The notes under the pieces: generated by a model
Database searches by the model: none
The model's input: only the letters and a program-made list of their open reading frames with translations
What the model was told of the DNA's origin: nothing
Shown: piece by piece, positions 19,227 to 29,287 of the stretch
How the letters are laid out: every line of letters starts with the position of its first letter
Numbering within the stretch: position 1 is the first letter of the stretch
Program-made: the position numbers and the translations under genes
IMG/VR virus record: IMGVR_UViG_3300027996_002186
Location: 124,001-188,000 of that record
DNA length: 64,000 nucleotides
Strand: one strand, 5' to 3'

Positions 19227-20198
19227 ATGTCTGTTATTAGCTATTTTGGTGGCAAGTCCTCAAAGGTCTTCCATCAGTTCATCAACACAAGAATACCAAA
19301 AGATGGTATCAAAACTTATGTAGAACCATTCTCAGGTGCAATGGGAACGTATATGGATGACCCAAATCTTAAATTCGATACAGTTGTTTATAATGATAAG
19401 AACCGCCACCAGGTGAACTTATATAAGTGTTGTCAAAATCCAACAGAAATGTTGATACATATAGATAATCTAAAGAGTGGTTTATTACACACAACAGAAA
19501 CGGATCCAATAAAAAATTGGGATTTTTATAAAGCTATTTATAAGACATTTCAAAAGAATGATTTCTTAGATGATATGGATTTTGAGATTGGGGATTATGA
19601 AAAAGCTGCTATGTATGCTTTCTTAATTACATCAGCTCATAATTCAGTTTATCCAAGAGGAGCAGGGTTTAATGGTTATAAGAAGAATAATGGCAAACTT
19701 AAAATAGAAGCACTTGTTAATAAACTAAAGAAGGGTAAGTACACAGAGAAATTGGAATCAATTACTGAGTTCTATAATATTGATTTTGAGGAATTGATAA
19801 ACAAATATGATTCAGTAGATACATTTCTTTACTTAGACCCACCTTACGCTAGATTTGACGAGGCTAAAGGAATGGATGATGCTAGGAGACTATTCTGGTA
19901 TGGATGTGATGATGAAGGTGTCTTTGGACCCGAATCACATAGAAGGTTATTAGAAATGCTTAAAAAGACTGATTGTAGATGGTCATTATCTTATTATTAC
20001 TTTCCTTTATTAGAAGAATTATTACCAAGAGACCAATATAACTGGGTTGAGAAAGAAGTATTTAGAAGTTCTGCTCATGGTGGTAACAATTCGGATAATA
20101 AAAAGGTACAAGCTAAAGGTGTTGAGATGCTTATTATGAATTATAATCCAGAAACGGGAGAAAAAATCACTAATAAGGATGTCGAATGTGAACTTTAA
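19227..20198 (+). CDS. dam: Dam-like (D12 class) DNA adenine methyltransferase
   Basis: YFGGKS, YVEPFSGA, YND, FLYLDPPY, EMLIMNY. Confidence 0.88.
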   Translation: MSVISYFGGKSSKVFHQFINTRIPKDGIKTYVEPFSGAMGTYMDDPNLKFDTVVYNDKNRHQVNLYKCCQNPTEMLIHIDNLKSGLLHTTETDPIKNWDFYKAIYKTFQKNDFLDDMDFEIGDYEKAAMYAFLITSAHNSVYPRGAGFNGYKKNNGKLKIEALVNKLKKGKYTEKLESITEFYNIDFEELINKYDSVDTFLYLDPPYARFDEAKGMDDARRLFWYGCDDEGVFGPESHRRLLEMLKKTDCRWSLSYYYFPLLEELLPRDQYNWVEKEVFRSSAHGGNNSDNKKVQAKGVEMLIMNYNPETGEKITNKDVECEL

Positions 20199-20931
20199 GA
20201 TTGTTGATATTTTCGAGAGTGTTAAGGATGATATTTTTTCAATTCAACCATATTTATCTATTAATAATAATCTAAAAAATTTCACTACTAATACATTTAG
20301 TTTATCAATTCCGATGGAATTGGATGGGTTTGGTGTTGATACTGATGCTGAGATGATAAGTCTTATTAGGATTGAGATGAATCAAAGTATTTATAAAACA
20401 ATTTTGAAAGAATTATTCAATACTTCAAAATTTGATTATATAGATATTTCTAAAACTGTTAATACTCACCAATCTGTTAATGATATTATTGATTTTTTAT
20501 CTATTGATTGTATAGATAAAAAATATAAGTATTTAGTTACGAATACTTCTATGGCTAATTCAATAGGTGATAGTTCATTATTTAACTTTAAACCAAGTGC
20601 ATCGGTTGTAGAATCTCAAGGTTTACCATATTTATTTGGGTCTTTGATTAAATATGATGTTTATATAGATCCTTTTATGAAATTTGATGATAATAGAATT
20701 TGCTTATTTGATTCTTGTGAGATTAATATAGAGAATATAAATCAAACTGTTACATCAGCGGCCACATTTGCACCTAAGATGATGATAAGTTATGATGTGG
20801 CTTTTAAAATAGCAGACTCTAAGGTTATATTTGTTTTAGATGGTAATGAATCAAGTAGTTCTTATAAGCAATATAAACAATTACAGCGTGATATAAAAAT
20901 AAATTCTTTATTAGATGGCTCAACAGATTAA
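20179..20931 (+). CDS. Truncated, diverged paralog of the major capsid protein (250 aa)
   Basis: YLVTN, QGLPYLFGSL.....YIDPFMKFDDNRICL and SAATFAPKMM align with MCP YLITN, QGQLYPVGSI.....YVDPYMRYNDNRIAL and SEATFAPRML. Confidence 0.8.
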   Translation: MSNVNFKIVDIFESVKDDIFSIQPYLSINNNLKNFTTNTFSLSIPMELDGFGVDTDAEMISLIRIEMNQSIYKTILKELFNTSKFDYIDISKTVNTHQSVNDIIDFLSIDCIDKKYKYLVTNTSMANSIGDSSLFNFKPSASVVESQGLPYLFGSLIKYDVYIDPFMKFDDNRICLFDSCEINIENINQTVTSAATFAPKMMISYDVAFKIADSKVIFVLDGNESSSSYKQYKQLQRDIKINSLLDGSTD

Positions 20932-21136
20932 TAATACATTCCAGGTGAATTCGGCTTCTAATAAAAATGCTATTGTGGTTGATCCAGATGGATACACAAC
21001 TATTGATAAATTAATACTTGTTGATCAAAAAGATGGAACTAAGTGGGATTTTTCAATTTATGATGGTGAGGTATTAGTTGAGCCACATGGTAAATCAGAA
21101 AAAAGAGAATATAGAATCAATAAGGTTATTTCTTAA
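20915..21136 (+). CDS. Small hypothetical protein with C-terminal REYRINKVI motif
   Basis: ORF coupled to the MCP paralog. Confidence 0.65.
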   Translation: MAQQINNTFQVNSASNKNAIVVDPDGYTTIDKLILVDQKDGTKWDFSIYDGEVLVEPHGKSEKREYRINKVIS

Positions 21137-21584
21137 TTAATTTAATCTTTAAGTTACCATTTCCTTTTATTAGTCTATGATAAACACCCATAGGTATTTC
21201 TACAATACCCTCAATTACTTTTGGAAGTTGATTATCGATTTGAATCATCCAATCAGTTTCATTTATAGACTCTATAATTCTATCTTCTCTATCACGATGC
21301 CAAATAAATTCACCTGAATCAGTTTCTTGTTTAAATTCTCTGATAAATGTATTCTCTGATAACTGTTCTTCAATAAATGGTAATACAACGTCTGGGTTTT
21401 CATTTTGCCATTCTTTCAAAGCTTTCATATCAAATTCTTTTAATTCATTATCATATCCACATTGGTGACATAAATATTTTCTATCATCATTTATTTCAAT
21501 TTCCCAATTCCAATCACAGTTATCACAAGTAATTTCTTTGATTTTAGCGATTTCGAATATTTTATATGTTTCTAAGTGTTTCAT
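21126..21584 (-). CDS. CTS-tagged protein: Zn-ribbon (CDNC...CHQC) plus cupin-like C-terminal domain
   Basis: MKHLETYKIFE; WHRD.EDR and IPMGVYHRLIKG suggest a cupin fold. Confidence 0.6.
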   Translation of the reverse strand: MKHLETYKIFEIAKIKEITCDNCDWNWEIEINDDRKYLCHQCGYDNELKEFDMKALKEWQNENPDVVLPFIEEQLSENTFIREFKQETDSGEFIWHRDREDRIIESINETDWMIQIDNQLPKVIEGIVEIPMGVYHRLIKGNGNLKIKLIKK

Positions 21585-21604
21585 TTATTATAAATACTAA
21601 TATT

Positions 21605-22174
21605 TTACCAATACCCAGGGTAGGTTCGCCCATTCCAAAGATGTCCGTATTTCGTGAGACGACAAGCCCAATATCCAGCAGTTGTTCTATCCTTTTTGGT
21701 TGAGCATTTATGTCTAGCCGCGAAGCTCTTTCTAGCATCTGGGTTACTAACTTTAGCTGTTAGTCCACCATGTACATCTCCAAAGGCAAGTTTTTTAACA
21801 TTACCAGTCTTTGGGTTTTTAACATAAACGTGATATTTCTTAGTCCCGCCTCTTTTAGGATAATTTAATTTAACTTCTTTACCCTTATACTCTGCTTCAT
21901 TTAATTCTTGAATATTTTCTATTGGTAAATCAAGTGGTACTAATTCATTATTAAACACTCCGAACCTACCAATATCTGTTGATTCGAATAATTCATTATC
22001 TATATCACACAATTCAACAGTATTAGAATCGAATAACTTTCTAGCTTCTTTTATTACTTCATAAAAAGCATCTGAACCAGGTCTAAAAACATTTTCAGTT
22101 ATAGGTTTAGAACTATCTAAATGGTATTTTAGATTCTCTGATATTTCTTTATATTGATTAAATTTGTGTATCAT
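21605..22174 (-). CDS. CTS-tagged protein with basic C-terminal domain (RKSFAARHKC...GYWAC)
   Basis: MIHKFNQYKEISE; several [LIF]-x-E sites precede the basic domain. Confidence 0.65.
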   Translation of the reverse strand: MIHKFNQYKEISENLKYHLDSSKPITENVFRPGSDAFYEVIKEARKLFDSNTVELCDIDNELFESTDIGRFGVFNNELVPLDLPIENIQELNEAEYKGKEVKLNYPKRGGTKKYHVYVKNPKTGNVKKLAFGDVHGGLTAKVSNPDARKSFAARHKCSTKKDRTTAGYWACRLTKYGHLWNGRTYPGYW

Positions 22175-22590
22175 TCTTCTACTTCATTTTCACCATCACT
22201 TGTAAATTCAGAGAAGTTAATAACACCAACACCATCACTCTCAACACATTCGCATCCGGGGCATCCACATTCACAGCCAGCTTCTCCGGTGCAATTATCA
22301 CAACAAGCACAATCTCCTGATAAAGTTTCATCACTTTCTTCTTCTAATTCATTCTCCATATCAATATTCTCAATATTCTCAATATTATCGATGTTAATCG
22401 TTATGAAGTTTTCAAACTTAACAATCTTATCCATTTCTTTTTTAAATGCCTTATCAACCTTTTCTTGGTCCTCAACAGATGTTGTGAATCCAGGTTCAAC
22501 ATCTTTATCAACTAGTTCTTTAGCATCAAATGTAATTTCTTGTGTTTCTTCTTCTTTTTTGGCTTCATTAAACCTTTTAATCTTTTTCAT
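22171..22590 (-). CDS. CTS-tagged acidic protein with metallothionein-like Cys cluster
   Basis: MKKIKRFNE; CACCDNCTGEAGCECGCPGCEC. Confidence 0.7.
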   Translation of the reverse strand: MKKIKRFNEAKKEEETQEITFDAKELVDKDVEPGFTTSVEDQEKVDKAFKKEMDKIVKFENFITINIDNIENIENIDMENELEEESDETLSGDCACCDNCTGEAGCECGCPGCECVESDGVGVINFSEFTSDGENEVEE

Positions 22591-22598
22591 AGTTTTAA

Positions 22599-22805
22599 TT
22601 ATTTCTTTTGGTACATTCCTTCCAGTACTTGGTACATAGCATCAACAACTCCATAAGAGTCAACTCCGAAGTCACCTTCATATTTTTCAGCAATTGAGAT
22701 TATATCCTTTTCAAGTTCTTCCCATTTATCTCCAGATCTTTGTTTTTTTAGAACATCATCCCAATTAAACTCTTCACTTTCGTTAAATTTCTTTAAGTGT
22801 TTCAT
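22599..22805 (-). CDS. CTS-tagged small protein
   Basis: MKHLKKFNE. Confidence 0.7.
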   Translation of the reverse strand: MKHLKKFNESEEFNWDDVLKKQRSGDKWEELEKDIISIAEKYEGDFGVDSYGVVDAMYQVLEGMYQKK

Positions 22806-23179
22806 TATTTACTACTTATTTTTTTAATTATCTGAGCACATTTTTCATACTCTTCTTTATCTTCATATTCAGTTAGAAACTCTCTTAATTGTTGAGTATC
22901 TGCCAATTCTAATTTTATTAGAAATTTAATTTCCTTTAATTCATCGAAGTTTTTTATTTCATGGTCAATTATTTTATCAACAATTTCTCTATCAAATTGT
23001 GACATTCCCATAAAATCATTCCAATCATTAATATCATTATCTTTTAAGAATTCTAAAATGTTAAATAAACAAGTATCTAATCTTGATTTTTTAGATGACT
23101 TATTTGTTTTTTTCTTATTAAATATCTTTCTAAAGAATTCTTCGTTTATAAATTCCATATAGCTATCGATTCTTATCAT
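22805..23179 (-). CDS. CTS-tagged protein with C-terminal UVR-like motif
   Basis: Likely start MIRIDSYMEFINE at 23179; EDKEEYEKCAQI at the C-terminus. Confidence 0.6.
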   Translation of the reverse strand: MIRIDSYMEFINEEFFRKIFNKKKTNKSSKKSRLDTCLFNILEFLKDNDINDWNDFMGMSQFDREIVDKIIDHEIKNFDELKEIKFLIKLELADTQQLREFLTEYEDKEEYEKCAQIIKKISSK

Positions 23180-23183
23180 TACA

Positions 23184-23227
23184 TATATATTAATTTTCTC
23201 TATCAAGAAATGTAAAATTAATATATA
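23184..23227. promoter_or_regulatory. Divergent pair of late promoter cores TTAATATATA (23184-23193 minus; 23218-23227 plus)
   Basis: Exact decamer on each strand facing the divergent operons. Confidence 0.65.
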
Positions 23228-23249
23228 AACAAAACCGGAATGTAAATAG

Positions 23250-26200
23250 ATGTCAAATCATAAGAATCTTGTATTTTTCAATAAAGAAGGAGACTACTTA
23301 AACTTTAATTATAGTGAATCTAATGATAGATTCGAAGGAGATATGCTCTTTCACGAAAATTCAACAGATACGTTTAAGACTTATGGTCTTTATACTATGG
23401 AAAATATACCATCTTTTGAGTTTGAATTACCTGGTGAATTAACAACTAAAAAGTTTCAATTATTTAATGAATATGGTTTAAACCTATATGGTGCTAAGTA
23501 TGATGACCAAGATATAATAAATATCGAACCGGTTAATAACGATCCCTCTTTCTACTCTAAATGGATATATGGTATTGACTTTGAATCAAAATTCCCAACA
23601 GGAACACTTATCAAGTTTAATAGTCCTTTATTTGAGTTTAATAATATTAACCAAACATATGCTGTTGTTAGTAGTAAGAAAAATGCTATTATGATTATTG
23701 GGCAGATGGATAATGCTACATTTGAAAGTACTTACTATTCATCATATATTGATGTGAATAGTTATGATAATAAAACGATAACGGGAATTAATGCTGTTGG
23801 TGTTTATAATTATATAGATTCTTCTTATGATAATAATTTATCTGATTGGTCAGAGCCGGATTTTTATGATGAATATTATGTTGGTAAGAAATTAAATTTA
23901 GTTAATACTGAATTTAATGATTCGGTAGTCTCTGTTGAGAATATAGATGTTACAGATCAAGTTCATTTTGAATTCTCAACAAACAATTCTAATTTACCCG
24001 ATGATTCAAATTTTATAATAGAAGTTATAACAAAAACTGATATACCTAAGGTGTATGAAGGAGGGTTAAGTATAACTACTGATAGTAGAATCTATATAAA
24101 TAACGTTTTTAATTACCCACATATACTAAAATCTGGTACGGAATTCAAAATTATAGGATCTGTTGATAATCAAAATTTTTTAAGAGTTTCTAATATACCA
24201 ACATTTGCTGGTAACACACAATTAACATATTATGCTACACAGTCTCAAGTTTTATTCAATAATAGAATATATGAATGTGTAAAAGGTTATACACAAAGCT
24301 TTGCATCACAAACAACATCCTTTGTAACACCTTTAAATACTAATTATTGGTCTAACCCAACTTATGTTAAAGTTGAACAGTCCACGGTTGCAGAATCTTT
24401 ATTATCTGCTCAGATATATTTAACAACAGATAGATATTATTTTTATACTGGTTGGACTAGTTCAGCTGCTGTTACATTAGCGTCTGCTGCTGATAAATAT
24501 AAAGAAGATCTTAAAATATTTAATATTGATTTATTTTATAAAAATAATACATTAAAATCTGATTTAATTTATCCTAGTGATTATGCTAAAGTTAACTTTT
24601 ATCATAGTGAAATAGGTGCTACCTATTCCATCGGCTCTGAATTAAAAACTTCTGAGAGATTGGTTGAGGTTGAAGAAGAATTAAATTATGAATTAAATTA
24701 TGATATATCTGAGAATTTCAAATATAATATTGTTTTTACTGATATTGATGAATTTGGTATACTGGTCGAGGTCAATAAAATGATATATGATGAAGAAGTT
24801 GCCTTTATTTATACCGGATCAATCATTGATATGGAAAGAACAATAGATAGAACTTTAAGATCTTGGTTATCACGGTGGTATTTAAGATTATTATCATTAG
24901 GTATAATAGCTGAATTAAAATATGTAGGTAATTATACTTCTGTATTTTATAATTCAATTGTTTTGAGAACAGAATATCCTAATGTTCCACTTGATATAAA
25001 TAATGTTGAGGTTGGTATAACAGCAAATTATCATATAGAACACTCTAGAGTTTTGTTCGATGACATGGGACCATTTTTAAATATCATAATAAATGATGAA
25101 TCATATTCACAACAAACAATTTATAGTGGATTACTTCCGGATATCCCATCTACTTTATCAGCTTGGATGGAAAAACATTCTGAGATATTAGTCAGCTTCG
25201 AGATTTTCGTAACAAATATTAATAATTTATTGAAATTTGATATTAAGCATTTGGGTAGAAGACTAGATTATACAATAACTACTGGTAAATTAAATATACC
25301 GGGTTTACAAGATTATATAATAACAGAAAAGATATTAGGTAATCATGGTATGTTAATAGCTTCTAATGAGGTTTTACTACCTGATACATCATTAACATCA
25401 TTTGAGGATTCTGGGTTCGCTACGGGTATGGTATTTGCTATAAACAATACATACCATCCATATGTTAATCAAGATTTTAATATACAATTTTTAGACCCAC
25501 AGGTGCTGAATTTGAGTTATCAAGGACCTTTTTGGGGATTAACCGATAGTATTTGTAATTCATCAGCTTTTGTTACATTAGCATTTGATTATGGTTTTGG
25601 CCAAACTGGTTGCCAGCCAATAATTGTACCAACTCAATCTGAGGGTGGTGCGTTTGGCGGAGGTGATGATGGTGCTTCTCCAGGATTACCAATGAGCTCC
25701 TTCGATTTGAATATGTTCTCTTTATCATATAATCTGAATGAATATGTGGTTAATGAATATGATTTAAATTCTTTCTCTGGGACTACCGGATTAGTTGATA
25801 TTAAATATGTTCAGTTATCTAATTCTATGTATGCTTATGGAGATGAATTAGTTGTTATAGATGCTTATATAGGACAATATATAACAACAGTTGCTTTACC
25901 AGGTAATACACAAAGTATAGAGGTTGAATTTAACCCTATAAATAATTATCTTTACTGTTTATCTAAAAACAGTATTTATGTTGTTGATCCTCTTATTAAT
26001 ACCTTGATTAACACAATTTCTTTATCTAATGACGCTTTTGATATCGGGATGAATCCAATAAATGGTGATGTTTATGTTACATATGATAATATACCATATA
26101 TTGATATTTGGGAATATAATAATTTAACTAATATACCAAATCATAATCTGACAACACCATCACCATTAGATACTAAGACGGGAAAAATGGTATTTAATGA

Positions 26201-29117
26201 TTTTGAAGGTGATATGTATATTACAACTAATGCTGATTTGGTAGTTAGAATAGATGGTTTAACAAGAACATTTCAGACGAGTTATGGTGTTACTGGATTA
26301 ACACATTCGATTTTTTATGAACCGGTTAATGAGGGTATATATGTTTATGGATCTGCTAGTTTATGGAAAATAGATAATGGCGCTACACAATCGATTGCTT
26401 TACCATCACAAGCATTCAATGATGTTATATTTAATAATATAACTGGTGAGATGAACGTATCCGATTCATCTACAAATTTTACTAGAATGAATTTAGATAC
26501 TGATTTTTATTTACAAACCGGTGTTTCTAATTATGGGTATTTAATGATAAATCAATTTGATGGTGATGTTTATTTATCATCACAAACATATGATAATATA
26601 CTGGTTTTGGATGGTGTTGATGGTACTGTTAAATATACCGCTCCTGTGAGCGCACAGACGACAAAATTAGTTTATAATCCTGAAAGAAAATCTATATGGG
26701 CAATACAGCCATCTATAAACTCAGTCGTTGAGCTTGATGTTGAGCTTGGTGGTGTTATAAATTTATTACCACCAACATATGATACAATTGAGGATAATCA
26801 ATACGGTACTTTGGATCCAGATTATGAACAAAGAGAAAGTATTTGGTTAAAAACCAGAGATTATATGAGAAGACCGAGAGAAAATTTTGAGGGTGATGTC
26901 TCTGTTAAGTATTATTGGAGGTGGCTTTCTGATAATGTTCCTCAATTCTTCTTATATGATTTTAGTGGTATTCAATTAGATAGAACCACAACTGGATCAT
27001 ATTCTTATATTGGTGAAAGACCTTTAACAGAAGTAGTTCTTAATAAATATCCAAATAGTGATATTAGTAAGGTATCTTTGTCACAATACCAACAAACTAT
27101 ATTCGATAAGGTCGAACAAACATTAAGTTATGTTGATGATGAGGATGATATTTCAACTGATGTAGAACCTTTGCAATTATTTTTGGGATTCAAATCTGAA
27201 AATCCAGGTGCTTTAAGATCTGTATTGCAATTGTATAAGAAAGAAGAAATTTATTTCGATATTATATCGGATACTGTGAATAGTATTACACTTGAAACTT
27301 TGGATATTAATAATGAGAATAAAAGAGGTCAATTAACAATATTAGAATCATCAATTGAAACATTTACTAAAAAGGGATTAAAACCTGGTCAACATATTGT
27401 TGTTTATTTAAAGGATACTATGAATGATGAAAATCAGTATATATCTGGTAATAATGGTATTCTTTTGAAGGTTAGGGAGGTTTATACCAAGACGTTAGTT
27501 GTGGATTTCTTTAATCTATCTTATGACTTCATAGAGTATGAAAATACTGTTATATCGGATTATCCATTTGTCGGTACTAATACTTATTTAGATTTAAGTA
27601 TAAAGGTTGTTGATAGAGAAATAGGTAGGTTCACAACCTATGCTGAGACAGAGGAGGAAGATATTCGATTTAAAGTAGAATTGGGTAATGTTGGTAAATT
27701 AATTGGTCCAAATGAAGTTTTTATATTCAAGGAGTATGATATATTAGAGGGTGGTATAGACTGGCCTTATCTCAATAAGAAGAGAAAGGAGATGTTGATG
27801 ATGAAACATTTGATATATCCTTATATCGGAGCTTATAAGTCTATTATAAATGCGATTAATTACTTTGGTTATAATGATTTACAATTGAATGAATATTATA
27901 AAAATGTTGATCCAGCTTCCGAGAATTTCTCTAAGTTGTTTAAGGTTGAAATACCTGATATATTTGATAATAGTGTTGATGGTTGGGAAGAAAATGACTT
28001 CATAAAACACACAATGCCGAATAATAAATTTGATGGTACAAATTTATTTAATTTAACATATTTTATAACAGATAAAGAGGGTAATAATGTACTCAGTTAT
28101 AGTATTGATGAAATTATTATAAAATTACAAGGATTGAAATTTTGGCTTAAGAATAATATTATCCCATTGACACATAAGATAATGGATATAACAGGTAAAT
28201 CTTATATAAATAATGGTACTTATATAGTACACAAGGTACATGATGTTAGAATATTTAATATAAATCAAGAAATGACACCGATAACATTTAAATTAAATGA
28301 GTCTTATTTATCTCCTGTTAATAGTGGATCTACTGTTTATGATTGTGTTCTTGATTTTTATTCAATAATACCTGGAGTTGGTGCTGAGATTACACCATCG
28401 GAGACATTATTAGAAAAGCCTAAAACTTTTAATGGTTCTAATTTGGTTCTTCCTGATTATTTTAATATTAAAATAAGAACTTATAAAACTTATAAAGAAT
28501 GGGCTCCTTTTAAAACTTATATTACCGGTGATAAGGTTACTTATTATGATAAATTATATGAGTCTGTTATTGATAACAATAAGGTTAAAAATCCTAGAAA
28601 ATATGAAAATGCTACTGAGTGGAATGCTACTGATGGTTACCAATTAACTAATATAGTTCAATATAGAAGAGATTTTTATGTTTATAGTGGTTTAGGTAAT
28701 ACACAATCAATCATCAGTCCTAATTTAGATCCAGGAAATTGGTTAGATGTTACTGAGTGGAGGCAACTTGATTATGATCCTGTACAGACTATAAATGAAT
28801 TTAGATCTGGTGATGATTTGTTACCATTTAATTTCATTATTGATTCAAATATTGACCCGTTTATAGTCATTGAAGTTACATCAGATAATGGATATGGTAG
28901 TGTTTATAGTGATAAAAAAAATTATGAAATTAGAGGATTGAAAGATTTAACAGAACCATATAATCCTATTGATCCAATTGGTCCTTTTGAGCCAATACCA
29001 CCAGTTTATGGAGAACAACCAGCAATTCCTTTCCATGGTGGGCATGGAAACCCACATGGTGAGCCACCAGTACTACCACCACCCGGCCGTGGAGGAATTC
29101 CAAATATTTCGCCGTAG
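23250..29117 (+). CDS. Large virion structural protein (baseplate wedge/tail-associated) with beta-propeller and CBM-like modules
   Basis: 1955 aa; YVTN-like repeats (EFNPINNYLY, MNPINGDVYV); W...TY.TGDKV.Y..KLY modules; YIGAYKSIINAINYFGY is baseplate-like. Confidence 0.65.
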   Translation: MSNHKNLVFFNKEGDYLNFNYSESNDRFEGDMLFHENSTDTFKTYGLYTMENIPSFEFELPGELTTKKFQLFNEYGLNLYGAKYDDQDIINIEPVNNDPSFYSKWIYGIDFESKFPTGTLIKFNSPLFEFNNINQTYAVVSSKKNAIMIIGQMDNATFESTYYSSYIDVNSYDNKTITGINAVGVYNYIDSSYDNNLSDWSEPDFYDEYYVGKKLNLVNTEFNDSVVSVENIDVTDQVHFEFSTNNSNLPDDSNFIIEVITKTDIPKVYEGGLSITTDSRIYINNVFNYPHILKSGTEFKIIGSVDNQNFLRVSNIPTFAGNTQLTYYATQSQVLFNNRIYECVKGYTQSFASQTTSFVTPLNTNYWSNPTYVKVEQSTVAESLLSAQIYLTTDRYYFYTGWTSSAAVTLASAADKYKEDLKIFNIDLFYKNNTLKSDLIYPSDYAKVNFYHSEIGATYSIGSELKTSERLVEVEEELNYELNYDISENFKYNIVFTDIDEFGILVEVNKMIYDEEVAFIYTGSIIDMERTIDRTLRSWLSRWYLRLLSLGIIAELKYVGNYTSVFYNSIVLRTEYPNVPLDINNVEVGITANYHIEHSRVLFDDMGPFLNIIINDESYSQQTIYSGLLPDIPSTLSAWMEKHSEILVSFEIFVTNINNLLKFDIKHLGRRLDYTITTGKLNIPGLQDYIITEKILGNHGMLIASNEVLLPDTSLTSFEDSGFATGMVFAINNTYHPYVNQDFNIQFLDPQVLNLSYQGPFWGLTDSICNSSAFVTLAFDYGFGQTGCQPIIVPTQSEGGAFGGGDDGASPGLPMSSFDLNMFSLSYNLNEYVVNEYDLNSFSGTTGLVDIKYVQLSNSMYAYGDELVVIDAYIGQYITTVALPGNTQSIEVEFNPINNYLYCLSKNSIYVVDPLINTLINTISLSNDAFDIGMNPINGDVYVTYDNIPYIDIWEYNNLTNIPNHNLTTPSPLDTKTGKMVFNDFEGDMYITTNADLVVRIDGLTRTFQTSYGVTGLTHSIFYEPVNEGIYVYGSASLWKIDNGATQSIALPSQAFNDVIFNNITGEMNVSDSSTNFTRMNLDTDFYLQTGVSNYGYLMINQFDGDVYLSSQTYDNILVLDGVDGTVKYTAPVSAQTTKLVYNPERKSIWAIQPSINSVVELDVELGGVINLLPPTYDTIEDNQYGTLDPDYEQRESIWLKTRDYMRRPRENFEGDVSVKYYWRWLSDNVPQFFLYDFSGIQLDRTTTGSYSYIGERPLTEVVLNKYPNSDISKVSLSQYQQTIFDKVEQTLSYVDDEDDISTDVEPLQLFLGFKSENPGALRSVLQLYKKEEIYFDIISDTVNSITLETLDINNENKRGQLTILESSIETFTKKGLKPGQHIVVYLKDTMNDENQYISGNNGILLKVREVYTKTLVVDFFNLSYDFIEYENTVISDYPFVGTNTYLDLSIKVVDREIGRFTTYAETEEEDIRFKVELGNVGKLIGPNEVFIFKEYDILEGGIDWPYLNKKRKEMLMMKHLIYPYIGAYKSIINAINYFGYNDLQLNEYYKNVDPASENFSKLFKVEIPDIFDNSVDGWEENDFIKHTMPNNKFDGTNLFNLTYFITDKEGNNVLSYSIDEIIIKLQGLKFWLKNNIIPLTHKIMDITGKSYINNGTYIVHKVHDVRIFNINQEMTPITFKLNESYLSPVNSGSTVYDCVLDFYSIIPGVGAEITPSETLLEKPKTFNGSNLVLPDYFNIKIRTYKTYKEWAPFKTYITGDKVTYYDKLYESVIDNNKVKNPRKYENATEWNATDGYQLTNIVQYRRDFYVYSGLGNTQSIISPNLDPGNWLDVTEWRQLDYDPVQTINEFRSGDDLLPFNFIIDSNIDPFIVIEVTSDNGYGSVYSDKKNYEIRGLKDLTEPYNPIDPIGPFEPIPPVYGEQPAIPFHGGHGNPHGEPPVLPPPGRGGIPNISP

Positions 29118-29234
29118 TGTTTCGAATCCAAAATAATAGCTCATCAAAAGTTGAATATTTTACCTAACGCTCGATTAATTTAATGGTACACGTTTCCAGA
29201 CATATACGGTTTTTAGTAAAACTAAACATCATAA

Positions 29235-29266
29235 AAAAACCCCATCATAAAAATGATGGGGTTTTT
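29235..29266. terminator. Bidirectional intrinsic terminator
   Basis: aaaaaccccatcat/atgatggggttttt. Confidence 0.85.
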
Positions 29267-29287
29267 ATTTATTGTTTATTCTATTAT

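Noticed and set aside
29118-29135. TTCGAATCC as a tRNA T-arm
   Set aside because: No acceptor, D or anticodon stems could be built around it; no tRNA gene was found in the window.
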